The translations under genes and the position numbers were made by a program. A stretch of DNA of 64,000 nucleotides, from positions 1,410 through 65,409 of the forward strand of contig CAZGXX010000007.1 in the NCBI GenBank assembly GCA_964530085.1, in the 5' to 3' direction. This stretch comes from an uncultured Azospirillum sp. Lineage in GTDB: Bacteria > Pseudomonadota > Alphaproteobacteria > Rickettsiales > UBA3002. Below the pieces are notes generated by a model. That model had not been told where the DNA came from and did not search any database. It saw only the letters and a program-made list of their open reading frames with translations. Below, piece after piece: positions 1-8,494 of this stretch (positions within the stretch are counted from its first letter, which is position 1; every line of letters starts with the position of its first letter).

Positions 1-1098
1 GCGTGGCCTGATGCGCGCGGTGCTCCATCGCCTCGTTGGAATGCAGGATGAAAATGCCGGAAGCAAAGCCTGTCGCCACCGCGTCGCGGTTGATGCGCCC
101 TTGCTGCTGCACCACGCGCCATTGCGGCAGATTCTCGAGTATCAGCGCTGCGGCGCCAGTGTCGGGGCGGTCGTAAGGGATTTTACCAAACCCGTCGGAC
201 ACGCCCGCATCCACCCAGCGCAAATTGACACCGGATTCAATCACGTTGGTGCCGACGATCACTTTTTTCCACCCCGGTTTCGGTGTGGCGCGCGCCTTCG
301 CACGCTCATCCGCTGGAGTGCCGCCATAGATCTGCACCACCTCGACATTGGGGATGTCCTTGCTCTTCACCATCTCGCGGATTTCTTCGACCGCGCGTTC
401 CACCTCTTTGATGCCGGGGCAGAACACGGCGATGCCATTGCGGCTCTCTTTTGTCAGCAGATCCGTCACCGTGCTGGCGATGGTTTTGCCATCTTTGCCA
501 GGCGTCTGGCGGCGCACTTCGCAGGGGAGCGTTTGGCCCTCAACGGTTTCGATATGCGTCTTGGCAACATCGCTCCAATAGCCGGCCTGGCGCTTGGCAT
601 CGATGGTCGCGCTCATCTCGAGCAGGCGCAGGCTGGGGTCGTTCTTCTTGCGTTCGTGCAGAATCGCGCGGGCGAGGGAGATATCCTCCGCCGCTTCATG
701 CACTTCGTCGAGCGCGATGTTTTTTGCCGTGTTGATGAGGCCAGAGCTGATGGCATAGCCATAGGTGACGAAGAGAAGTTTTGTCTTCTCCGAGAACTGC
801 GAATGTTCTCCCGTCATTTTGCCAACCGCAAAGCCAACATCGCTACCCACCGCGCATTCGGCCATTTCTGCGACATTTTTTGCGGCATCCGTCGCGAGGA
901 AGCGGCGTGGCACCAGCACGACGACCTGTTCCTCTGTCGCCTCCGCCAACATGGCTGGCAGCAGCATGGATTTGCCGCTACCCGTCGGCGCGGCGGTGAT
1001 GGTGACATTGCCCGCCATGACGGATTTGACCACATCGTCCGCAATCGTGGCGACGGGGAGGGCGTTGAGCGTTTCGCGTACCTTGCTGAAAATGGTCA
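1..1098 (-). CDS. DEAH-box (HrpA/HrpB-like) SF2 helicase, C-terminus cut by window edge
   Basis: Not in the ORF track because there is no stop in the window. Hand translation from ATG at 1098 gives MTIFSKVRETL...AAPTGSGKS (Walker A)...LDEVHE (motif II)...MSAT (motif III). The 11..1114 + ORF is its antisense shadow. Confidence 0.7.
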
Positions 1099-1163
1099 TA
1101 AGCTCCCACGGTGAGGGGCATATACTATCTTAAAATGGTAGCAGACACTAGAAAAAACGCGGG

Positions 1164-2999
1164 TTAGAGCTTTGCGAGGGCCGCGTCGTAAGCGGTGGTG
1201 GCTTGTTCGAGTTCGAGCTGTAGCTGTGCGTAGCTTTTGTTGAGGCGCACCAGCTCCTTCGCATCGCCGCTGGTGCTGGCTACGGCGAGCGCATCTTCCA
1301 GCGCATCCTTTTTCTCGGTGAGGTTGGCGACGGTCGCTTCGCACTTGGCGGCCTCGCGCTCGGCCGCATTCCCGCCAGATTTTTTCTCGTTCTTGGCTTT
1401 GCGGGCCTCTTGCTTGGCGCCTTCGCGCTCGCGCTTGCGCTGCTGCACCACCAGCTTGCGGTAATCGTCGAGGTCGCCTTCATAGGGCACGCAGGTAGCA
1501 TCGGCGACGAGCCATAAACGGTCGCACACATTCTCGACAAGATGCGGGTCGTGGCTGACGAGAATCACCGCGCCGGTATAGTTGTTGATGGCCTGCGTGA
1601 GTGCCTCGCGCGCGTCGATATCGAGGTGGTTAGTCGGTTCATCGAGCAGCAGAATATGCGGCGCGTCGTAGCTCATGAGGCAGAATAGCAGCCGCGCTTT
1701 CTCGCCGCCGGAGCAGCTGCCGACCTGTGTGTCGGCCTTGTCCTTATCGAAGCCGAAACGCCCCAGCGCCGCGCGCACGCGTGACTCATGCAGGCCGATC
1801 ATGGCTTCCTGCATGATCTGGTAAGGCGTCTTGGTTACATCCAGCTCATCGGTCTGGAACTGCGCGAAGTAACCGATTTTCAGTTTGCCGGATTTCACAA
1901 TATCGCCGCCGAGCTGCGGCAGGCGGCCGGAAAGCAGCTTCACCAGCGTCGATTTCCCGTTGCCGTTCGCGCCGAGCAGGGCGATGCGGTCGTCCATATC
2001 AATGCGCAGATTGAGTTTTTTGAGGATTGCTTTGCCGGGCTCATACCCCGCATCCACATGGTCTAGGGTGATAAGCGGCGAGCGCAATTCCTGCGGCTCC
2101 GGGAACTCGAACGCGGTCACGCGGTCGGCCATCACGGCATCTACAATGTCCATTTTCTGGATGGCCTTGAGGCGGCTCTGTGCCTGACGTGCCTTGCTCG
2201 CCGTGGCGCCGAAACGATCGACGAATTTCTGCATATGCGCTTTTTGCTTGAGCTGCTTCTCGCGCAGCGCGGCCTGATTCAGCAAGCGCTCGGCGCGGCG
2301 ACGCTCGAACTCGTCATAGGTGCCGGTATAGGCGTTGAGTTTTTTGTCTTCCATATGCAAAATATGGGTAACGGTTTTGTTGAGAATATCGCGGTCATGC
2401 GAGATGATGAGCAGCGTTTCCTTGTAGCGCATCAGATAGTTCTCGAGCCACACCATCGCCTCGAAATCAAGGTGGTTGGTCGGCTCATCAAGCATCAGCA
2501 AATTGGGCTGACGAAACAGCGTCGCCGCGAGCGCCACCCGCATGCGCCAGCCGCCGGAGAAATCGGAAATCGGACGCAGCTGCGCATCCGCATCGAACCC
2601 CAGCCCGGCAAGAATAGTCGCGGCGCGGGCGGGCGCGTCATAGGCGTCGATCTCATCGAGGCGGGTGTAGATATAGCTCATGCGCTCCGGGTCATGCACG
2701 GTTTCAGCCTCGAGCATCAGCGCGGCACGTTCCGTATCCGCCGCGAGAACGATATCGATCAACGGTGTGTCATCCTCTGGCAAATCCTGGCGCACCCAGC
2801 CCACGGTCGCATTCTTGATGAGATTGATGTCGCCGCCATCGGCCACTAGCTCCCCCGCGATCAGCTTGAAGAGGGTCGATTTGCCAATGCCGTTCGGCCC
2901 CACCAAGCCCACGCGCTGCCCGCTGCCGATAGAGAGCGATGCGCGCTCGAGCAGTGTGCGGCCGCCAACGCGGTAGGTGAGGTCATTGATGGTGAGCAT
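1164..2999 (-). CDS. ABC-F family ATPase (two ABC domains, no TM domain, C-terminal coiled coil)
   Basis: Two Walker A motifs (GPNGIGKST, GANGNGKST), two LSGG-type signatures (FSGGWRMR, CSGGEKAR), and a basic/acidic coiled-coil tail. Confidence 0.9.
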   Translation of the reverse strand: MLTINDLTYRVGGRTLLERASLSIGSGQRVGLVGPNGIGKSTLFKLIAGELVADGGDINLIKNATVGWVRQDLPEDDTPLIDIVLAADTERAALMLEAETVHDPERMSYIYTRLDEIDAYDAPARAATILAGLGFDADAQLRPISDFSGGWRMRVALAATLFRQPNLLMLDEPTNHLDFEAMVWLENYLMRYKETLLIISHDRDILNKTVTHILHMEDKKLNAYTGTYDEFERRRAERLLNQAALREKQLKQKAHMQKFVDRFGATASKARQAQSRLKAIQKMDIVDAVMADRVTAFEFPEPQELRSPLITLDHVDAGYEPGKAILKKLNLRIDMDDRIALLGANGNGKSTLVKLLSGRLPQLGGDIVKSGKLKIGYFAQFQTDELDVTKTPYQIMQEAMIGLHESRVRAALGRFGFDKDKADTQVGSCSGGEKARLLFCLMSYDAPHILLLDEPTNHLDIDAREALTQAINNYTGAVILVSHDPHLVENVCDRLWLVADATCVPYEGDLDDYRKLVVQQRKREREGAKQEARKAKNEKKSGGNAAEREAAKCEATVANLTEKKDALEDALAVASTSGDAKELVRLNKSYAQLQLELEQATTAYDAALAKL

Positions 3000-3060
3000 G
3001 GGCGCAATCGTGAATTGGGGTGATAAAAGCCGCGCAACCTACTGGCAGCAACGGGTTTCG

Positions 3061-4929
3061 TCAACCAGCATCATCCGCGCTGGCGAGGGTTTCGAGCAGC
3101 TCCCACCGTGCGAGGGCGGCCTCGAGCTCGGCCTGCTTGCGGGCGAGGCTGCGGGCGGTTTTGTCGAATCGCTCGGCATCTTGCGTGTAGAGGGTCGGGT
3201 CTTCCATCTGCGCAACGAGCGCTGCGACCTCGCTTTCGAGCAGCGCAATTTTCTCCGGTAGTTTTTTGAGCTCATGCTGTTGGCCAAAGCTGAGCGCGGG
3301 TTTTGCCACTTCGATTTTCGGCGCGATGGGTTTCGCCATCGGTGCGACGATCGCTGCGGCATCGCCATGGCTCAGCGATTTTCCGGCGCGTTTGGCGGTT
3401 TTTGCGGCGAGGTAATCGCTATAACCGCCGATATGGGTTTCGATTTCTGCGTTGCCCTCGAACGCCATCACCTCGGTCACCGTGCGGTCGAGGAAGTCGC
3501 GGTCGTGGCTGACGATAATCAGCGTGCCCGCATAGTTGGCGAGAATTTCTTGCAGCATATCGAGCGTGTCCATGTCGAGGTCGTTGGTCGGCTCGTCGAG
3601 GATCATTAGGTTGCCGGGATTGATGAGCGTGCGCGCCAGCATCAGCCGGTTTTGCATGCCACCGGAGAGCGTGCCCACATCGTCGCGTGCGCGTTTGGGG
3701 TCGAACAGAAAACTTTTGAGATAGGCCGCTACATGGCGCGGTTTGCTGCGGTCACCACTGAGGAACACGTAATCGCCATTCGGCGCCAGCGTGTGCCATA
3801 GCGTTTTGCGTGGGTCGAGCGCGATGCGGTGCTGATCGAAATAGGCGAGCTCAATTTTTTTGCTGCGGTGAATGAAGCCGCTATCGGCCTCGAGTTCGCC
3901 CATCAGCAGTTTGAGGAAGGTGGATTTACCGGAGCCATTGCGCCCCAGAATGCCAATGCGATCGCCACGCACAATGCGCAGTGAAAAGTCGTTGAGGATA
4001 GGAATTTTTTTGCCCTCACGCGCGAAGCTTTTGCTGACATGCTTGAACTCCGCCACGATTTTTGAGGCGGGGGGTGGCGCGAGTGGGTCCACCTCTATCG
4101 CGCTGGTTTTTTCATTGAGTGCGGCTTTCTCGACCCGCAATTTCGCGCGCAGGCGATGTAGCTCGTTTAGGCGACGCTGGTTGCGTTTTCGGCGCGCGGT
4201 GACACCGCCTTGTGTCCAGTCGAGTTCGCTTTCGACCTTTTTGTTCATGTTGTGCAGCGCGCGCTGTTCCTGCTCTAAAATTGCTGCCGCCCAGGCATCG
4301 AACCCGCCATAGCCATGCGGGCAGATGCGCACGCGGCCTTGCTCCAGCCAGAAGGTGCGGCTGGTGAAATTGGCGAGGAAGGTACGGTCATGGCTGACAC
4401 ACACCACCGCGCTGCGGCTGCGGGCGAGGAATTGCTCCAGCCACTCGATTGCTTCGAGGTCAAGATGGTTGGTCGGCTCGTCGAGCAGCAGAATATCGGG
4501 TTCGTCGACGAGCGCCTGTGCGAGCGCTGCACGACGCAACTGCCCGCCGGAGAGATGCCCCATCAGTGCGTCGGGATCGAGCGAAAGCGGTTGCAGCACC
4601 TGATCGGCGCGGTAGGTCATATCGAGATGTTCCGCCGCTGCACCTGCCAAACCATCCGCCACAAACTCGCGCACCGTTTGCTGCGGATGAAACGCCACGT
4701 TCTGCGCGAGATAGCCGATACGCGCGCCCGGAAACACAAAACGCTTTCCGGAATCAAGCTCCAACTCTTGCATAATCAGGCGCATGAGCGTGGTTTTGCC
4801 CGCGCCGTTGCGGCCAATCAGGCACACCTTGTCGCCTTCATAAATATGCAGGTCGATACCCTCGAACAGCAGGCGGCTGCCGATGGTCATGTGAATATCG
4901 TCGAGGCCGAGGATTAGCTTTTTGCTCAT
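3061..4929 (-). CDS. ABC-F family ATPase, Uup-like
   Basis: GRNGAGKTT and GRNGSGKST Walker A motifs, LSGGQLRR and LSGGMQNR signatures, and a C-terminal coiled coil. Sits in tandem with the previous ABC-F gene. Confidence 0.9.
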   Translation of the reverse strand: MSKKLILGLDDIHMTIGSRLLFEGIDLHIYEGDKVCLIGRNGAGKTTLMRLIMQELELDSGKRFVFPGARIGYLAQNVAFHPQQTVREFVADGLAGAAAEHLDMTYRADQVLQPLSLDPDALMGHLSGGQLRRAALAQALVDEPDILLLDEPTNHLDLEAIEWLEQFLARSRSAVVCVSHDRTFLANFTSRTFWLEQGRVRICPHGYGGFDAWAAAILEQEQRALHNMNKKVESELDWTQGGVTARRKRNQRRLNELHRLRAKLRVEKAALNEKTSAIEVDPLAPPPASKIVAEFKHVSKSFAREGKKIPILNDFSLRIVRGDRIGILGRNGSGKSTFLKLLMGELEADSGFIHRSKKIELAYFDQHRIALDPRKTLWHTLAPNGDYVFLSGDRSKPRHVAAYLKSFLFDPKRARDDVGTLSGGMQNRLMLARTLINPGNLMILDEPTNDLDMDTLDMLQEILANYAGTLIIVSHDRDFLDRTVTEVMAFEGNAEIETHIGGYSDYLAAKTAKRAGKSLSHGDAAAIVAPMAKPIAPKIEVAKPALSFGQQHELKKLPEKIALLESEVAALVAQMEDPTLYTQDAERFDKTARSLARKQAELEAALARWELLETLASADDAG

Positions 4930-4969
4930 GCGCGCGGTGTAACGGGTTTAGCGCAGCCAAACAAGCGGT

Positions 4970-5251
4970 TTACGAATGCCATTTGCGGCGGTGGGGCTTT
5001 ACCTTGGCTTTGGTGACGGCCACCGCCTTCATGATTTTTGGAATTTCGCTGATATTCACCGTTGCGATATAACGCCCGCTGCGCGCGGCGCTCACCTCGC
5101 CCTGTGCGACGATACCATGATCGGCCAGCATTTCCTGAATGCCTACCAGATGCGTGTGGTTGATGCGCGCCTCGAACCGGTCTTTGCGCTTGGTCCATTC
5201 CACCTCCGTCAGCGAACGCAGCGCTGCTTCCATCGGGTCTTCATAGGGCAT
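4970..5251 (-). CDS. small conserved hypothetical protein (about 93 aa)
   Basis: ORF 4970..5368 trimmed to the internal start MPYEDPMEAALRS (cat at 5249-5251), which overlaps the stop of the upstream gene by 11 nt. No family recognised. Confidence 0.45.
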   Translation of the reverse strand: MPYEDPMEAALRSLTEVEWTKRKDRFEARINHTHLVGIQEMLADHGIVAQGEVSAARSGRYIATVNISEIPKIMKAVAVTKAKVKPHRRKWHS

Positions 5252-6494
5252 AGGTATTCTCCATTCTCGTGCAATACTGCAGCATTCCGTGCGCGGCTGC
5301 AACCGCCGTGCTGAAACAGGCCTGTAGCAGATAGCCACCGGTTGGTGCTTCCCAATCGAGCATCTCACCTGCCGCGAATACGCCTGGCATGTTGCGCAGC
5401 ATAAAATCCTCAGCCACTCCGTCGCGGCGAATGCCCCCCGCGCTCGAGATGGCGCGTGCGATGCCGGTGGTGGCGCTGAGGGTGAGCGGTAGCGCTTTCA
5501 ACGCGGCAGCGAGTGTATCGGCGTGCATGGCAGCGAGCGCTTCGGCAGGTATGGTTTCGTAAAGCAGCGCGACCGCCAGCGGCGAGAACCCGGCGCTTTT
5601 GAGATAGCTGCTGAGCGATTTGCTGCCGCGCCCGCTGCCGAGTTTTTGCACGAGTTGTGCATGTGTCATCGCCGGGCGCAGATCGAGTGTGATGCGCGCC
5701 TCTCCGTCGCGGACGATGGCATCGCGCATCAACGCACTCAACGCGTAGATCGCCCCGCCCTCGATGCCGTCGCGGGTGATCATCGCCTCGCCTTGGCGGG
5801 TGATGTTACCATGTGTGACCGCCACCGGCTTAAGCGGTTGCCCTGCAAAGCGGCTGCTGAAATAATCGCTCCACGGTGCAATGAACCCACAATTTGTAGG
5901 CGCAAGCGGTGCAAGTGGCACACCTGCTGCCGCAAGAAATTCCATCCAACCACCATCCGACCCTAAACGCGGCCACGAGGCACCACCGAGCGCCAGTAAG
6001 GTTGCATCTGGTGTGATCCAGATTGCTTCGCGCGTGGCATTGGTAAAGCGCAGCGCACCACGTTCCCAGCCCTGCCATGTATGGCGCGGTAGATACTGCA
6101 CACCAAGCGACTCTAAGCGGTGCAGCCACGCCCGCAGCAACGCCACCGCCTTCATGGTTTTTGGAAAAATGCGCCCGCTGCTGCCGACAAAGGTTTCTAC
6201 GCCCAGGCCTTCGCACCAAACGCGCAACGCATTCGGCGGGAAGGCGTGAATGCTCGGTGCGAGCCACTCGTTTGCTGCGCCGTAACGGGTAAGGAATATT
6301 TCCAGCGGCTCGCTATGGGTAAGATTCAACCCGCCACGCCCGGCGATGAGCAGTTTGCGTGCAGGTGTGGGCATGCGGTCATAGATCGTGACGGCGCAGC
6401 CCGCACTCGCAAGTATCTCCGCCGCCATCAGCCCCGAAGGCCCCGCACCAATAATCGTAATCTGTTTCGGTTGTTGCATCGTTCTATTCGTCAT
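5241..6494 (-). CDS. HI0933/BaiN-like FAD-dependent flavoprotein
   Basis: N-terminal Rossmann motif ITIIGAGPSGLMAAE followed by LLIAGRGGLNLTH, which is typical of the HI0933-like family. Confidence 0.8.
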   Translation of the reverse strand: MTNRTMQQPKQITIIGAGPSGLMAAEILASAGCAVTIYDRMPTPARKLLIAGRGGLNLTHSEPLEIFLTRYGAANEWLAPSIHAFPPNALRVWCEGLGVETFVGSSGRIFPKTMKAVALLRAWLHRLESLGVQYLPRHTWQGWERGALRFTNATREAIWITPDATLLALGGASWPRLGSDGGWMEFLAAAGVPLAPLAPTNCGFIAPWSDYFSSRFAGQPLKPVAVTHGNITRQGEAMITRDGIEGGAIYALSALMRDAIVRDGEARITLDLRPAMTHAQLVQKLGSGRGSKSLSSYLKSAGFSPLAVALLYETIPAEALAAMHADTLAAALKALPLTLSATTGIARAISSAGGIRRDGVAEDFMLRNMPGVFAAGEMLDWEAPTGGYLLQACFSTAVAAAHGMLQYCTRMENTYAL

Positions 6495-7083
6495 GTTTCA
6501 GCCCGCGCAGATAATTTTTAATAAAGGATTTCGCGAGTACCCGTGCGGACTCGGAATCAATCAAGTCAAGCTTACGCGAGAGTGACAGAATACAGATGCC
6601 GTGAATGCCTGCCCATAATACACGTGCCGCGCGGCGGGCGCGTCGGCGGTTGCCATTCACGTATGGCAGCACCATGGTTTCGAGTAATTCGAAGAAGCGG
6701 CGCATTTTAGGTGCGTACCATTCAGGCAGAGGCATATCGAGAGGCAGTGTATGCTCGAACAGCGCCATCCATGCGTTGTAATGCGCGGTGCTGTAGGCGA
6801 TATAATAGAGTGCAAGGTCTTCGAACGAGGACGGCTTTTTGCGTGACCGAACCAGGCGCTGTAAGTCCTCGAACCACTGATCGAGGGTGAGGGCGTTGAT
6901 GTGCAAAATCAGATTATCGTGGCTGCCAAACAGATTATAGATAGTGCCGACGGTATAGCCAATCTCCGCTGCCACTTTACGGGCGCTGAATTTGCTAAAG
7001 CCTTCATTTACAATCAGTCTATGGCCAGCGAGAATGGCCATCTCCATGAGCTGTTCGCGGCTGTGATCGTAGCGTCTGGCCAT
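6484..7083 (-). CDS. TetR/AcrR family transcriptional regulator
   Basis: Trimmed to MARRYDHSREQLMEMA (cat at 7081-7083). HTH segment FSARKVAAEIGYTVGTIYNLFGSHD. Divergent from the MFS gene. Confidence 0.85.
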   Translation of the reverse strand: MARRYDHSREQLMEMAILAGHRLIVNEGFSKFSARKVAAEIGYTVGTIYNLFGSHDNLILHINALTLDQWFEDLQRLVRSRKKPSSFEDLALYYIAYSTAHYNAWMALFEHTLPLDMPLPEWYAPKMRRFFELLETMVLPYVNGNRRRARRAARVLWAGIHGICILSLSRKLDLIDSESARVLAKSFIKNYLRGLKHDE

Positions 7084-7118
7084 TGTATTCCCTTTAATTA
7101 GACGGCGTATAATTGTTA

Positions 7119-7147
7119 TTGCACAATGTTCAATTAAAAGGTATAAT
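7119..7147 (+). promoter_or_regulatory. candidate sigma70 promoter for the MFS operon, overlapped by an imperfect inverted repeat (putative TetR operator)
   Basis: TTGCAC (7119-7124), a 17-nt spacer, then TATAAT (7142-7147). The inverted repeat TTGCACA-A-TGTTCAA at 7119-7133 matches 6 of 7 positions per arm. Confidence 0.45.
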
Positions 7148-7177
7148 GCACTTATATTCATAAAGCAAGGGTCACGT

Positions 7178-8488
7178 ATGCGACAGATGGATCTCCTGAA
7201 AACCAAACGGTTTCTGCCGTTATTTCTCACGCAATTCCTCGGCTCGTTTAACGATAACATGTTCCGCAGCGCACTCGCGGTGCTGATTACCTACCAGTTC
7301 ACCGGCAGCTCCATTCCGTGGCTCACCGCGGGGGTGATGGTGGCGCTTTGCTCGACCTTGCTGGTAATTCCATTCCCCATCCTTTCGCCTATCGCCGGTC
7401 AGCTTGCGGATAAATACAACAAAGCGCGGCTGATCACCTGGATCAAAATCTCCGAAGTCATCATTATGGCCATCGCCGCCTATGGCTTCACGCATGACCA
7501 GATTTATCTGCTCATGGGGTTGTTACTGATGTCGGGTGTGCATTCGGCTTTCTTTGGCCCCATTAAATACAGCATTCTCTCCGACCATTTGAGCGAGGAG
7601 GAATTACTCCCCGGCAACAGCCTGATCGCGAGCGGCACCTACGCCTCGGTGTTGGCCGGGCTGATTCTCGGTGGGCTGCTCGTTGAGTATGATCGCGGCG
7701 GTGAATGGATCGGCTATGTTCTGATGGCTGGCGCGGTGGTGGGGCTCATTGCCAGCCGCTTCATTCCGCCAACCGTCCCGGCGGCGGCGGATCTTACCAT
7801 CCGCTACCATGTGGTGCGCGAGGCGATCGCGATCATCACGCAGGTGTGTGCCAACCGCCCGGTGATAGTCTCGATCCTTGGCCTGTCGTGGTTCCTGCTG
7901 ATTGCGGCAGTGTTCATGGGACAATTCCCCACCTTCGCCAAAGCGGTTGGTGGAGATAACGAGGTCTATACCTTATTCCTCGTGATTTTCTCGCTTGGCA
8001 CATCGTTCGGGTCGCTGCTCTGCAACCGTCTGCTCAAGGGTGAAATCTCGGCAAAATACACACCCGTAGCAGCATTTTTTATCTCGGTGTTCATCTTTGC
8101 TATGGTGACAAGCGCACCTGCGCCGACCGATCATCTCGTGGGCGCATGGGAATTTATTTCTCACCCCTCCTACTGGCCGATGATACTGTCGATGTGGGGC
8201 ATGGCGGTGGCAGGCGGTGTCTATATCGTGCCGCTCTACACCATCATGCAAACCCGGTCAGAAGCCAAGTGCCGCTCGCGTATTATCGCCGCACGGAATG
8301 TGATAAATTCAGCATGTATTACGCTGGCGATGCTTATCAGCGCCGGACTTTTAGCAGCCGGACTTGATGTCTTCGAATTATCCATCATCATTGCCGTCAC
8401 GAACCTAGGCGTGGTGGTGCGCAGCTATACGTTGCTGCCAGAAATGCAACCAAAAACCGTCGCGGCGATCCGCGAAATGACGAGGTAG
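7178..8488 (+). CDS. MFS transporter, LplT-like (lysophospholipid transporter family)
   Basis: 12-TM profile. FFGPIKYSILSDHLSEEELLPGNSL and VPLYTIMQTRSE resemble the LplT segments SPAKYGILGELT...ANGL and VVPLNALLQERG. Confidence 0.7.
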   Translation: MRQMDLLKTKRFLPLFLTQFLGSFNDNMFRSALAVLITYQFTGSSIPWLTAGVMVALCSTLLVIPFPILSPIAGQLADKYNKARLITWIKISEVIIMAIAAYGFTHDQIYLLMGLLLMSGVHSAFFGPIKYSILSDHLSEEELLPGNSLIASGTYASVLAGLILGGLLVEYDRGGEWIGYVLMAGAVVGLIASRFIPPTVPAAADLTIRYHVVREAIAIITQVCANRPVIVSILGLSWFLLIAAVFMGQFPTFAKAVGGDNEVYTLFLVIFSLGTSFGSLLCNRLLKGEISAKYTPVAAFFISVFIFAMVTSAPAPTDHLVGAWEFISHPSYWPMILSMWGMAVAGGVYIVPLYTIMQTRSEAKCRSRIIAARNVINSACITLAMLISAGLLAAGLDVFELSIIIAVTNLGVVVRSYTLLPEMQPKTVAAIREMTR

Positions 8489-8494
8489 GGCGTG

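Noticed and set aside
11-1114. 367-aa + strand ORF at the left edge
   Set aside because: Arg/His/Ala-rich nonsense composition. It is the antisense shadow of a clear DEAH-box helicase on the minus strand.
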